Positions 38,824 to 46,824 of a stretch of DNA of 64,000 bases are shown piece after piece. The notes beneath the pieces were generated by a model, which saw only the letters and a list, made by a program, of their open reading frames with translations, was not told where the DNA came from and searched no databases. Origin of the DNA: Faecousia sp. (GTDB lineage Bacteria; Bacillota; Clostridia; Oscillospirales; Oscillospiraceae); the NCBI GenBank assembly GCA_045538605.1, contig JAZSRR010000065.1:6692-70691 (forward strand), given 5' to 3'. Positions within the stretch are counted from its first letter, which is position 1. The number at the start of each line of letters is the position of its first letter. Made by a program: the position numbers and the translations under genes.

Positions 38824-40584
38824 TTATTCTGCTTTTTGTTCTTCGAGTTCGTTTTTAGGTGCTTTTTCAAGCAGTTCTGCAAACTGTTCTTTTGATAGAA
38901 TAGTGAACTCTGCCGTATAGTCTTTTCCTCTGCCTGATGTCTTATATTGCATATAAATCGGCATTGGGATAAATGACAAACGAAACTCTAACAAATTAAG
39001 AGGATATACGAAAATCTGTTTTGTAACTCTTTCGTAAAATGCTTCGTTCAGGTCATTCTCGGAAAGTGCGAGTACAGACTCAAGCTGGTCTACATATTCG
39101 GTGTATATTCGCACCTCTGCACTCGCAGAATTGCCCTGTTCTTGCATTTGACGTAGTTTTGCCTGTAATTCTTCGTAATCCTTGTTAAGTGTTCCTATGC
39201 TTGAATAATAGGCAACATCAGGTACATTACCACTTGTCCAACCCAAAGTGAGTTTGGAGATTTCGCCTTGCTTCTTTTCAAGTGCCGTTTGCAGTTTGGC
39301 AATTTGCTTGGTGGTGTCCTTGGGTTTTGACAGTTCGGCAATTTCCTTTTTCATTTCATCGAGTAGTGTTTCTCTGTATGGAATGATGTACTCGGTAATA
39401 ATATCGTGAATTGCCGTTTGCAACACCCTGTCATTTACTCGCAGAGCATTACAACCAACTATTTCCGTTCTGCCTGTTTCAAGGGTTATTTGTTTGTATT
39501 TTCCCCTTTGATGATTTTCAAAGCACACCCAAGCACGATAAGGGATGTTTTTTTGCTTCTTTACATAACTGACATAGCGACCACCACAAAGACCACAATA
39601 TACCTTGCCACTTGTCCAATATCTGTTTGAGTGCTTCGCCTTGATTTCTTCACTTGGTGCTTTTTCCTGTAAAATCGTTTGCACCTTGTTCCACAATTCT
39701 CGGTCAATGATTGCACTTTCGGGGTGGTGGTCTGTTATGTAATATTTGTAGGATTCGCCCGTGTTGTATTTCTTCTTATGGTCTAATGGATTGGGGGTGT
39801 AGGTCTTTCCCTGTGCCAAATCGCCCACATATTTCTCATTCCGTAATATTCGCAAGATTACAATTGGTGTCCAACTATTTGCATATCGTTTTGTGTCAAT
39901 GTCTTTTTCTTTTAATTTTTTGCCAATTCTGTGAGTGCCTTCGCCACTTGCAAACCATTCAAAAATCTGTTTTATGACTGCTGCTTCTTTGGGTATGATT
40001 TCAAAGTGTTGTTTGCCTTTTTCATCCTTGACAATGTTATACCCATACATTTCCTTGCGACCAAAGACAATGCCGTTTTGCATTCGTTGTTTATGTCCCC
40101 ATTTTACACGGCGAGAGGTTTTTAGACTTTCTCGTTCTGCATCGGATGCTGCTTTTGAAAGTTCCTCTCTGTAATCATCTTTTTCTGTGTAGATATCATC
40201 AGATAAAAACCAAATATAAACACCCCTGTTTCGTAATTCTTCAACGATATTTAAAAGGTGTTGAGCATTACGGGAAAAACGGGAAACCTCTTTTGTGAGT
40301 ATAATATCAATATTGCCGTGCCTTGCCTCAAATAACATTCGGTTGAAATCGTCTCTTTTTTCAAGTGATGTTCCTGAAAGTCCCTCATCTGAGAAAATGC
40401 CTATATTTGTCCAATTACTATGCATTTCAAAAAAACTCTCAAAAAACTGTTTTTGTGCTACAAGTGAGTTCCTTTGGTCTTTTTCATCAGTTGAAACACG
40501 ACAATAGGCACAAACTCTGTGAGGTTCAAAGTCCTCAGTTTTGAGTGTTGTTTTGTTCGGTTCTATTACTTGTAAATGTGCCAT
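38824..40584 (-). CDS. Large serine recombinase (SpoIVCA/TndX-like architecture)
   Basis: AYCRVST (catalytic Ser), DEGLSGT, KEVSRFSRN, recombinase domain (YGY, ILRNEKYVG), Zn ribbon CGLC..C..C, coiled coil; start at MAHLQ after GAGG. Confidence 0.95.
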   Translation of the reverse strand: MAHLQVIEPNKTTLKTEDFEPHRVCAYCRVSTDEKDQRNSLVAQKQFFESFFEMHSNWTNIGIFSDEGLSGTSLEKRDDFNRMLFEARHGNIDIILTKEVSRFSRNAQHLLNIVEELRNRGVYIWFLSDDIYTEKDDYREELSKAASDAERESLKTSRRVKWGHKQRMQNGIVFGRKEMYGYNIVKDEKGKQHFEIIPKEAAVIKQIFEWFASGEGTHRIGKKLKEKDIDTKRYANSWTPIVILRILRNEKYVGDLAQGKTYTPNPLDHKKKYNTGESYKYYITDHHPESAIIDRELWNKVQTILQEKAPSEEIKAKHSNRYWTSGKVYCGLCGGRYVSYVKKQKNIPYRAWVCFENHQRGKYKQITLETGRTEIVGCNALRVNDRVLQTAIHDIITEYIIPYRETLLDEMKKEIAELSKPKDTTKQIAKLQTALEKKQGEISKLTLGWTSGNVPDVAYYSSIGTLNKDYEELQAKLRQMQEQGNSASAEVRIYTEYVDQLESVLALSENDLNEAFYERVTKQIFVYPLNLLEFRLSFIPMPIYMQYKTSGRGKDYTAEFTILSKEQFAELLEKAPKNELEEQKAE

Positions 40585-40855
40585 ATTGAACATCCTCTCT
40601 CTTGATACCAATAACATCTTTTATGTAGTTCTTCATTTCAATAATGAACTGTTGCTCTGCTTCGGGTGTTCTAAACAAAGCATCTGGATTGGTTATCAAT
40701 GATAAATGCCCCTTGCTATGTAATAATTCATAGCAATTATATGCATAACAGGTATAGTATAATAACCTGTTATCATCATTCAGTAGGGTGTAGGCATTTT
40801 CAATCTGCTCTCGTGTCATATCGTTATGATAGTATTTGTAAAGGTTTTCTAACAT
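40535..40855 (-). CDS. Hypothetical 106-aa protein, first gene of the recombinase operon
   Basis: AGGAGGT RBS; overlaps the recombinase start. Confidence 0.7.
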   Translation of the reverse strand: MLENLYKYYHNDMTREQIENAYTLLNDDNRLLYYTCYAYNCYELLHSKGHLSLITNPDALFRTPEAEQQFIIEMKNYIKDVIGIKREDVQYGTFTSNRTEQNNTQN

Positions 40856-40879
40856 ATCTTTATACCTCCTGTTGCTACT

Positions 40880-40908
40880 ATTATAACATAAACAATTTTA
40901 ATCTTCAA
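40880..40908 (-). promoter_or_regulatory. sigmaA-type promoter inside the att arm
   Basis: TTGAAG-17bp-TATAAT with extended TG, pointing at orf106-recombinase. Confidence 0.65.
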
Positions 40909-40912
40909 TACC
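40886..40912. other. Attachment site at the cotJC 5'-half junction
   Basis: Minus strand GG core followed by TATTGAAGATTAAAATTGTTTATGT, inverted partner of 34822-34846. Confidence 0.8.
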
Positions 40913-41095
40913 AATATCGGTCAGAAGGCCTTTGAGCTCGTCAAAGGGCATAGAATATCTTTGGGAAAGGTATCGCAATGACGCGCCCAATTCGCCATCC
41001 GGTCCACCGTACTGGGAAATAATAATAGACGCCAATCTGGGGTTCGGTTTATCAATCTTGACAGGGTATTGCAGTTTCTTGTCATAAATGAACAT
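40898..41095 (-). CDS. cotJC: 5' portion of interrupted CotJC (homology ends at 40911)
   Basis: MFIYDKKLQYPVKI...SQYGGPDGELGASLRYLSQR...LLTDIG then IED* supplied by the element. Confidence 0.93.
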   Translation of the reverse strand: MFIYDKKLQYPVKIDKPNPRLASIIISQYGGPDGELGASLRYLSQRYSMPFDELKGLLTDIGIED

Positions 41096-41098
41096 AGC

Positions 41099-41545
41099 CT
41101 AGACCTCCCGATTTTTTGCGTATTCCCAGGGCCACGGCTCATCAAGCCATCTGTATTCTCCGCTGGATTGGGACATATGATTGAGCGGGCCGCACATTTT
41201 TTCATATTCCGCTTTGCCTTTCTGATACATCTTTTGATAGGTTCTATACACTTCCAAAGCTTCCTGATCGTTTCTGTGGGTATCCAGATACAGCGCCAGT
41301 TCATTGATCACAAAAGCCATTGTCTGCAGTTCCGTTAAAGGTGTTACAGGCAGTTCGTTCTTGTTCACCATTCCCATAAAGGGCAAGTCCAGTCCCGGAA
41401 ACAATGTTCCTCGAACCAATGCCTTTCTTGATTCGTATTTGCGTGGATTATCTAATTGGAAAGGAACATAGGGATTTGCCAAAGGCGCCATTGCCGGCAG
41501 TCGGCCTTCGGCATATTGTTCCTCGTTTTTCATCTTATCCAACAC
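41099..41545 (-). CDS. Fused CotJA-CotJB spore coat protein
   Basis: N-terminal LANPYVPFQ..AL.RGTLFPGLDLP (CotJA) and C-terminal EL.LYLDTH..D.EAL..YE...GPL..W...PWPWE (CotJB). Confidence 0.85.
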   Translation of the reverse strand: MLDKMKNEEQYAEGRLPAMAPLANPYVPFQLDNPRKYESRKALVRGTLFPGLDLPFMGMVNKNELPVTPLTELQTMAFVINELALYLDTHRNDQEALEVYRTYQKMYQKGKAEYEKMCGPLNHMSQSSGEYRWLDEPWPWEYAKNREV

Positions 41546-41661
41546 CGATTCCTCCTATCATAATTCCTTTGGAACTGTCGTTCCTTGGTATACTATGCCA
41601 TATTTTGCATATTTGTTCATTATCCTTGCATATCTGCATAAATTGTTGTGAGGTGGTGGTT

Positions 41662-42378
41662 GTGCATTACAAAAAATTAATCGGACTAATGCCGATCTAT
41701 CTGTTGATATTAGCCTTGCTTTTGATGTCAGCAGTTGGCGGCAGTCGTGCTGTAAATACAATCAACGAAAATATGAACATCCCTATAAATCGACGGATTA
41801 TTATTGATCCGGGACATGGCGGTGTTGACGGTGGTGCAAATACTGAGAGCGGTATTTTGGAGAGTCATATCAATTTGGAAATTGCACTCCGTCTGAATGA
41901 TCTGCTTCGCTTATTGGGAATCCATACTGTTATGATCAGAACGGCGGATATTTCCGTTTACACAAGCGGTGAAACCATTGCGGCAAAAAAAGTTTCCGAT
42001 CTAAAAGAGCGGGTTCGTTTGGTAAACCAAACAGATAACGGGATACTGGTGAGTATTCACCAAAACCATTTTACGGACAGCCGTTATCGAGGAGCACAGG
42101 TCTTTTATGCTGATACAACCGGAAGTCAGGATTTGGCAAGAAAAATGCAAAGTGCAATGGTTACAAATCTTAATCCAGGCAGTAACCGCAAGGCTAAAAA
42201 GGCAAACGGCATTTATTTAATGCAAAATATCCAATGTACGGGCATCCTGGTCGAATGCGGTTTTTTGTCTAACCCGGCTGAAGCGCAGCTTTTAACAGAT
42301 AAGAATTATCAAAACAAGCTTTGCTGTGTGATCGCATCTGTTATCAGCAGCGAATTATATGCGCGCAGCATTACTTGA
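41662..42378 (+). CDS. cwlD: N-acetylmuramoyl-L-alanine amidase, CwlD-like
   Basis: IIDPGHGG.DGGA, ES.INL.IA, DLK.RV, SIHQN, GAQVFY, LVECGFLSN. Confidence 0.8.
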   Translation: MHYKKLIGLMPIYLLILALLLMSAVGGSRAVNTINENMNIPINRRIIIDPGHGGVDGGANTESGILESHINLEIALRLNDLLRLLGIHTVMIRTADISVYTSGETIAAKKVSDLKERVRLVNQTDNGILVSIHQNHFTDSRYRGAQVFYADTTGSQDLARKMQSAMVTNLNPGSNRKAKKANGIYLMQNIQCTGILVECGFLSNPAEAQLLTDKNYQNKLCCVIASVISSELYARSIT

Positions 42379-42434
42379 CCGGTTTGTTAATGCCTGTTAT
42401 AATAAGAAAAAGAGATTAGATAGGAGTATTCACT

Positions 42435-43790
42435 ATGGCAAAACAGAAAATCGTTTTCTATTGCACAGAATGTGGTAACGAGACGCCGCGCTGGCAGGGA
42501 AGATGTCCTTCTTGTGGTCAGTGGAACACACTGCAGGAACATATCGAAAAGCCAATCACAGCCGGAAAGGTCAGAACATTACCTTCCAATCGCGCAGCTC
42601 AAAAGCTTTCTGAGGTCGATACAGACAACGAGATTCGCTTTTCAACCGGAATTGGGGAGTTGAACCGGGTTCTGGGCGGAGGCGCAGTGGAAGGCTCTCT
42701 GAACCTTGTGGGCGGTGCCCCCGGCATCGGAAAATCAACATTGCTGCTTCAAATTTGCAGCAGTTTATGCAAAAACAGAAAAGTTCTGTATGTTTCCGGT
42801 GAAGAAAGCGAAAAGCAACTAAAGCTCCGTGCTCAGAGAATTGGCGTTATGCCAAAAGATTTGCTCATTTTCTCGGAGACCAGCCTTACGGATATTCTCG
42901 CTGTTGCAGAGGAACAAAAGCCGGATATTCTGATAGTGGATTCTATCCAAACACTGTTCAGCGACACTACCGAATCTACACCAGGTAGTGTTTCCCAGGT
43001 CAAAGAATGTACAATAGCACTGATGCAATTGTCAAAATCACAGGGTATCACTGTTTTTGTTGTTGGACATATCAACAAAGACGGTGCAATCGCTGGCCCC
43101 AAGGTTTTGGAGCATATGGTTGATTGTGTTTTATACTTTGAAGGCGATCCCAATTCTTCGTATCGGCTTTTGCGAGCTGTTAAAAACCGATTTGGATCTA
43201 CCAACGAAATTGGTGTCTTCGAAATGTGCGACAAGGGTTTGAACGAAGTCCCAAACCCCTCTCAAATGCTTCTGGAGGGTCGCCCGCAGGGTGCTACCGG
43301 AACATGTGTTGCCTGCGTTATGGAAGGAACACGGCCTATTTTGGCAGAAGTACAGGCTTTAGTAACCAAAACCTCCTTCAATGTACCCAGAAGAACAGCA
43401 GATGGCTTTGATTTTAACCGTGCGGCGCTGCTGCTTGCTGTAGCAGAAAAACGCGCTGGCCTAAAGCTAAGCGCCTTTGATACTTATATCAATGTAATCG
43501 GCGGCTTGCGTCTGGATGAGCCAGGTGCAGACTTGCCGGTCGCGCTGGCAGTCGCTTCATCCTATCGGGATCAGGCCATCCCGTCCGACTTAGCCGCCAT
43601 TGGAGAAATTGGATTAACTGGCGAAATCCGTGGCGTATCCAACCTGAACCAGCGACTGTCAGAAGTTGCCAGATTAGGTTTTAGTAAGTGTATTATCCCT
43701 ATAAAAGTTTCCGAAAAGTTAGAAATTCCCGAAGGCTTGACCGTATATCAGGTCAAAAACCTCCGGGAAGCGATCGAAATTGCAATGTAA
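42435..43790 (+). CDS. radA: DNA repair protein RadA/Sms
   Basis: C..CG...W.GRCP.C, GAPGIGKST, KNRFG. Confidence 0.97.
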   Translation: MAKQKIVFYCTECGNETPRWQGRCPSCGQWNTLQEHIEKPITAGKVRTLPSNRAAQKLSEVDTDNEIRFSTGIGELNRVLGGGAVEGSLNLVGGAPGIGKSTLLLQICSSLCKNRKVLYVSGEESEKQLKLRAQRIGVMPKDLLIFSETSLTDILAVAEEQKPDILIVDSIQTLFSDTTESTPGSVSQVKECTIALMQLSKSQGITVFVVGHINKDGAIAGPKVLEHMVDCVLYFEGDPNSSYRLLRAVKNRFGSTNEIGVFEMCDKGLNEVPNPSQMLLEGRPQGATGTCVACVMEGTRPILAEVQALVTKTSFNVPRRTADGFDFNRAALLLAVAEKRAGLKLSAFDTYINVIGGLRLDEPGADLPVALAVASSYRDQAIPSDLAAIGEIGLTGEIRGVSNLNQRLSEVARLGFSKCIIPIKVSEKLEIPEGLTVYQVKNLREAIEIAM

Positions 43791-43807
43791 CAGGGCAGGG
43801 GAGTATC

Positions 43808-44818
43808 TTACAAATTTTTCTCCTCTGTAAAATCCAATTTTGATAAAGGATTTGCTTCTGCTGCGATTTTCAGTTCTGTATTTTCAATATGGGTATAAAT
43901 TTGTGTTGTGTTTAGGTTCTCGTGCCCTAAAACCTCTTGAACGGTTTTTACATCCACGCCACCGGAAAGCATCATAGTTGCCGCAGTATGGCGCAGCTTA
44001 TGGGCAGAATATTGGGTGGCATCCAAGCCTGCCTGCAGTAGCGCCTTCTTTACAAGACGATGCACCGCAGCAACACTGATACGGTTTCCGTCTCTTGAAC
44101 CAAACAACGCCCGATTATCGGTTAGAACTTTTTTATGCCGCTCCACTAAGTACTGGTCAATCGCTTTTCGGCATGCGGATCCAAAATAAACAAACCGTTC
44201 CTTATTGCCTTTACCAACCACACGAATTCTATCTTCATAGACATCTGTCAGATTCAGGCCTACAAGCTCGCTGCGCCGAATACCGCAGTTCAAAAACAGC
44301 ATTAATATTGCATAATCCCGTACTTCATTTTGTCCGGAAACTGCCCGTAACAACGCAGAGGACTGCTCAAGTGTTAAATATTTCGGCAGACTTTTTCTTA
44401 ATTTGGGGTACTCTAAGTCTGCCACAGGATTATCTACAAGCTGCTTCGTACGTACTGTTAAATACTTATAAAAGGATTTCAATGCAGAGAGTTTTCTTGC
44501 GCGTGCAGTAGGAGATATGCCGTATTCCGGTGCAGCGCTGTCTGGGTTAATCGTTCTGTCATTTGCTAAATAGGACAGAAAATCGAACACATCTGATGTC
44601 GTAATGCTGCCAACAAAAGCAACATCCACATCATTGATGGCAATATCGTCCAGCTTGGTATGAATAGGCATATCGTTGCGCATCAGCTTCATAAACCGCA
44701 GGAACATCCTTAAATCTAAATAATACTCATGTATTGTTTTGGGAGACTGTCCCTTAATGGTTTCGTGATATACCAAAAAATCTCTTAAAACCAGTGGACA
44801 ATCAGCGTATTTTTTCAT
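43808..44818 (-). CDS. Tyrosine recombinase, XerC/XerS-like
   Basis: RARKLS, GIRRSEL, GKGNKER, HKLRHT.AT, LGH....TTQIYTH. Confidence 0.88.
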   Translation of the reverse strand: MKKYADCPLVLRDFLVYHETIKGQSPKTIHEYYLDLRMFLRFMKLMRNDMPIHTKLDDIAINDVDVAFVGSITTSDVFDFLSYLANDRTINPDSAAPEYGISPTARARKLSALKSFYKYLTVRTKQLVDNPVADLEYPKLRKSLPKYLTLEQSSALLRAVSGQNEVRDYAILMLFLNCGIRRSELVGLNLTDVYEDRIRVVGKGNKERFVYFGSACRKAIDQYLVERHKKVLTDNRALFGSRDGNRISVAAVHRLVKKALLQAGLDATQYSAHKLRHTAATMMLSGGVDVKTVQEVLGHENLNTTQIYTHIENTELKIAAEANPLSKLDFTEEKNL

Positions 44819-44845
44819 ATTTTACCTCCAAAGTTGGTGATTTAT

Positions 44846-45631
44846 GTGAATTTACCAAAGAAAATACAAGATCATATCAAAATAAGAAGTTATACGAAGG
44901 ATACGATCGGCATGTCTGCTGCTGGTGTATATCTATTTGAGGATATAGTGCTGAAAATTCAGAAAATTGACTACGAAGCAGATAATGAAGCCGAAATGAT
45001 GCATTAGCTTAATAGCAAAATTCCTGTCCCAAACATAATCGAACATATTTACGAAAACGGATATTCGTATATTCTTATGAACAGATGTGAGGGTAAAATG
45101 GCTTGCGATTCATATTATATGAGCAGGCCAAAGCTGTTGGTAGAACTGCTTGCAGATACATTACACAAGTTATGGGCAGTTGACATTTCAGAATGTCCCT
45201 GTAAATGGACACTTCAGCGGCGGCTTGAGCTTGCTGAGGAGAATGTTATTAATAATCTGGTTAACATCGAAGATGCTCAACCGGATACCTTTGGTCCGAA
45301 TGCATTCCGTGATCCGGAGCAGTTACTGCAGTGGTTAAAGGAAAATCAACCGGAGCAAGGCGAGTGTCTAAGCCACGGAGATTTTTGTTTGCCGAATATA
45401 TACTTATCTGACGATAGTGTAACCGGTTTGATTGATCTGGGTAAAACCGGAATGGCGGATCCTTGGCAGGATATTGCGTTATGCTGCAGAAGTTTAGACA
45501 ATAATTATAAAGGTAAGTACGGCAAAATTAAAATCGAAGGCTTCGAAGAGACGATGTTATTTGATGCATTGGGGATCCAACCGGATCCGGAACGAATACG
45601 GTATTATATACTTCTGGATGAGCTCTTTTAA
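44846..45631 (+). pseudogene. Aminoglycoside 3'-phosphotransferase APH(3') homolog with internal stop
   Basis: GTG 44846 reads MNLP...DTIGMSAAGVY...LKI...EAEMMH-TAG(45005-45007)-LNSKIPVP... in frame with SHGDFCLPN, IDLG, ADPWQDIA, YYILLDELF. Confidence 0.82.
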
Positions 45632-45634
45632 TAT

Positions 45635-45663
45635 ATTATAACATATAATCACTCCGAACGCAA
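45635..45663 (-). promoter_or_regulatory. sigmaA-type promoter pointing through aph toward the xer gene
   Basis: TTGCGT-17bp-TATAAT with extended TG. Confidence 0.5.
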
Positions 45664-45691
45664 CAAAATTTTTATTTTGTTGCGTTCGGAG
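45652..45691. repeat. Perfect 18-bp inverted repeat
   Basis: ctccgaacgcaacaaaat-tttt-attttgttgcgttcggag. Confidence 0.85.
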
Positions 45692-45806
45692 AAACGACAT
45701 GTAACTAAGGCAGTCTCCTCCCCACAAGCATTTGCTTGCAGAAATTACTTTACTTTTTCGGTGGAAGGATTTACAATAAATCCAGATATAATTTTGGAGG
45801 CTTTTT

Positions 45807-46778
45807 ATGGAGATTAAAAGAATTGGCGTTCTGACAAGTGGTGGCGATGCGCCTGGTATGAACCCCTGTGTGCGTGCTGTAGTCCGTACAGCGCTATATC
45901 ATGGTATAGAATGCTATGGTATTCGTCGTGGCTATAATGGTCTGATTAACGCTGATGTCATTCGTTTGGATGAGAAAAACATCAGCCATATCATCAACCG
46001 CGGTGGTACGATCCTTTACACAGCCAGAAGCAAGGAATTTATGATGGAAGAATATCAGAAGAAAGCTGCTTCTACCTGTAAATTCCTTGGTTTAGATGGC
46101 ATTGTTGCGATTGGCGGTGATGGGACTTTTCGTGGCGCCGCAGCTTTATCCAAGCAGGGTATCAATGTAATTTGTATTCCTGCTACAATTGATAACGATA
46201 TATGCTGCACCAATTACTCTATTGGTTTTGATACCGCCGCAAACACGGCAATCGAATGCATCGATAAATTGCGCGATACAATGCAGTCCCACGAACGCTG
46301 TTCTGTTGTGGAAGTGATGGGGCGAAATGCCGGGTACCTGGCAATGTATGTAGGTCTTGCAGTAGGCGCTACAGCTGTCTTAGTCCCGGAAAAGAATTTT
46401 GATTTTGAAAAAAGTGTCATTGAAAAGATTCGTCAAGCCCGTTTGAATGGTTTTACCCACTATATGATTGTCGTAGCTGAAGGTGCCGGTTCTGCTGCGG
46501 ATATTGCTGCGAAAATTAAATCCAGCTTGGATTTAGATCCTCGGGTTACAGTACTTGGACATATTCAGCGCGGTGGCTGTCCCACCGGACGGGATCGTGT
46601 AAATGCAACAAAAATGGGATATTTGGCAGTGGAAATGCTGCGCGCCGGCAAAACAAACCGAATAATATGCACACAAAACGGACAGTTTATGGATGTAGAT
46701 ATTCAGGATGGTCTGATGATGAAGCGAGATATTCAAGCAATCGAGGTTGATGTTCTTGCTGCTATGACCGGCATATAA
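45807..46778 (+). CDS. pfkA: 6-phosphofructokinase
   Basis: LTSGGDAPGMN, GGDGT, TIDND, EVMGR, LGHIQRGG. Confidence 0.97.
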   Translation: MEIKRIGVLTSGGDAPGMNPCVRAVVRTALYHGIECYGIRRGYNGLINADVIRLDEKNISHIINRGGTILYTARSKEFMMEEYQKKAASTCKFLGLDGIVAIGGDGTFRGAAALSKQGINVICIPATIDNDICCTNYSIGFDTAANTAIECIDKLRDTMQSHERCSVVEVMGRNAGYLAMYVGLAVGATAVLVPEKNFDFEKSVIEKIRQARLNGFTHYMIVVAEGAGSAADIAAKIKSSLDLDPRVTVLGHIQRGGCPTGRDRVNATKMGYLAVEMLRAGKTNRIICTQNGQFMDVDIQDGLMMKRDIQAIEVDVLAAMTGI

Positions 46779-46824
46779 TTACAATCAAAAAAGACTATCG
46801 TTTCAGAAGAAGCGATAGTCTTTT

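Larger units (their letters stand above)
34820..40912 (-). mobile_element. cotJC-intervening integrative element (large serine recombinase + rolling-circle Rep + MobV)
   Basis: Flanked by the two halves of cotJC; GG (plus strand CC) at 34820-34821 and 40911-40912; ends form an imperfect inverted repeat; visibly AT-richer than flanks. Confidence 0.92.

Noticed and set aside
38586-38882. 98-aa minus-strand ORF after the recombinase
   Set aside because: Overlaps recombinase and mob, has no RBS; the plus-strand 55-aa ORF is better supported
34820-40912. Prophage interpretation of the element
   Set aside because: No capsid, terminase, tail, lysis or repressor genes recognised
43808-44818. Integrase of a second mobile element
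   Set aside because: Resembles a chromosomal Xer-type enzyme among core genes; no att repeats or tRNA target seen
45005-45007. Pyrrolysine or recoding explanation for the in-frame TAG in aph
   Set aside because: The position corresponds to conserved Trp (TGG>TAG) and no pyl genes are in the window; nonsense mutation or error is simpler
45652-45691. LexA (CGAAC-N4-GTTCG) box
   Set aside because: The half-sites are present but much farther apart than 4 bp
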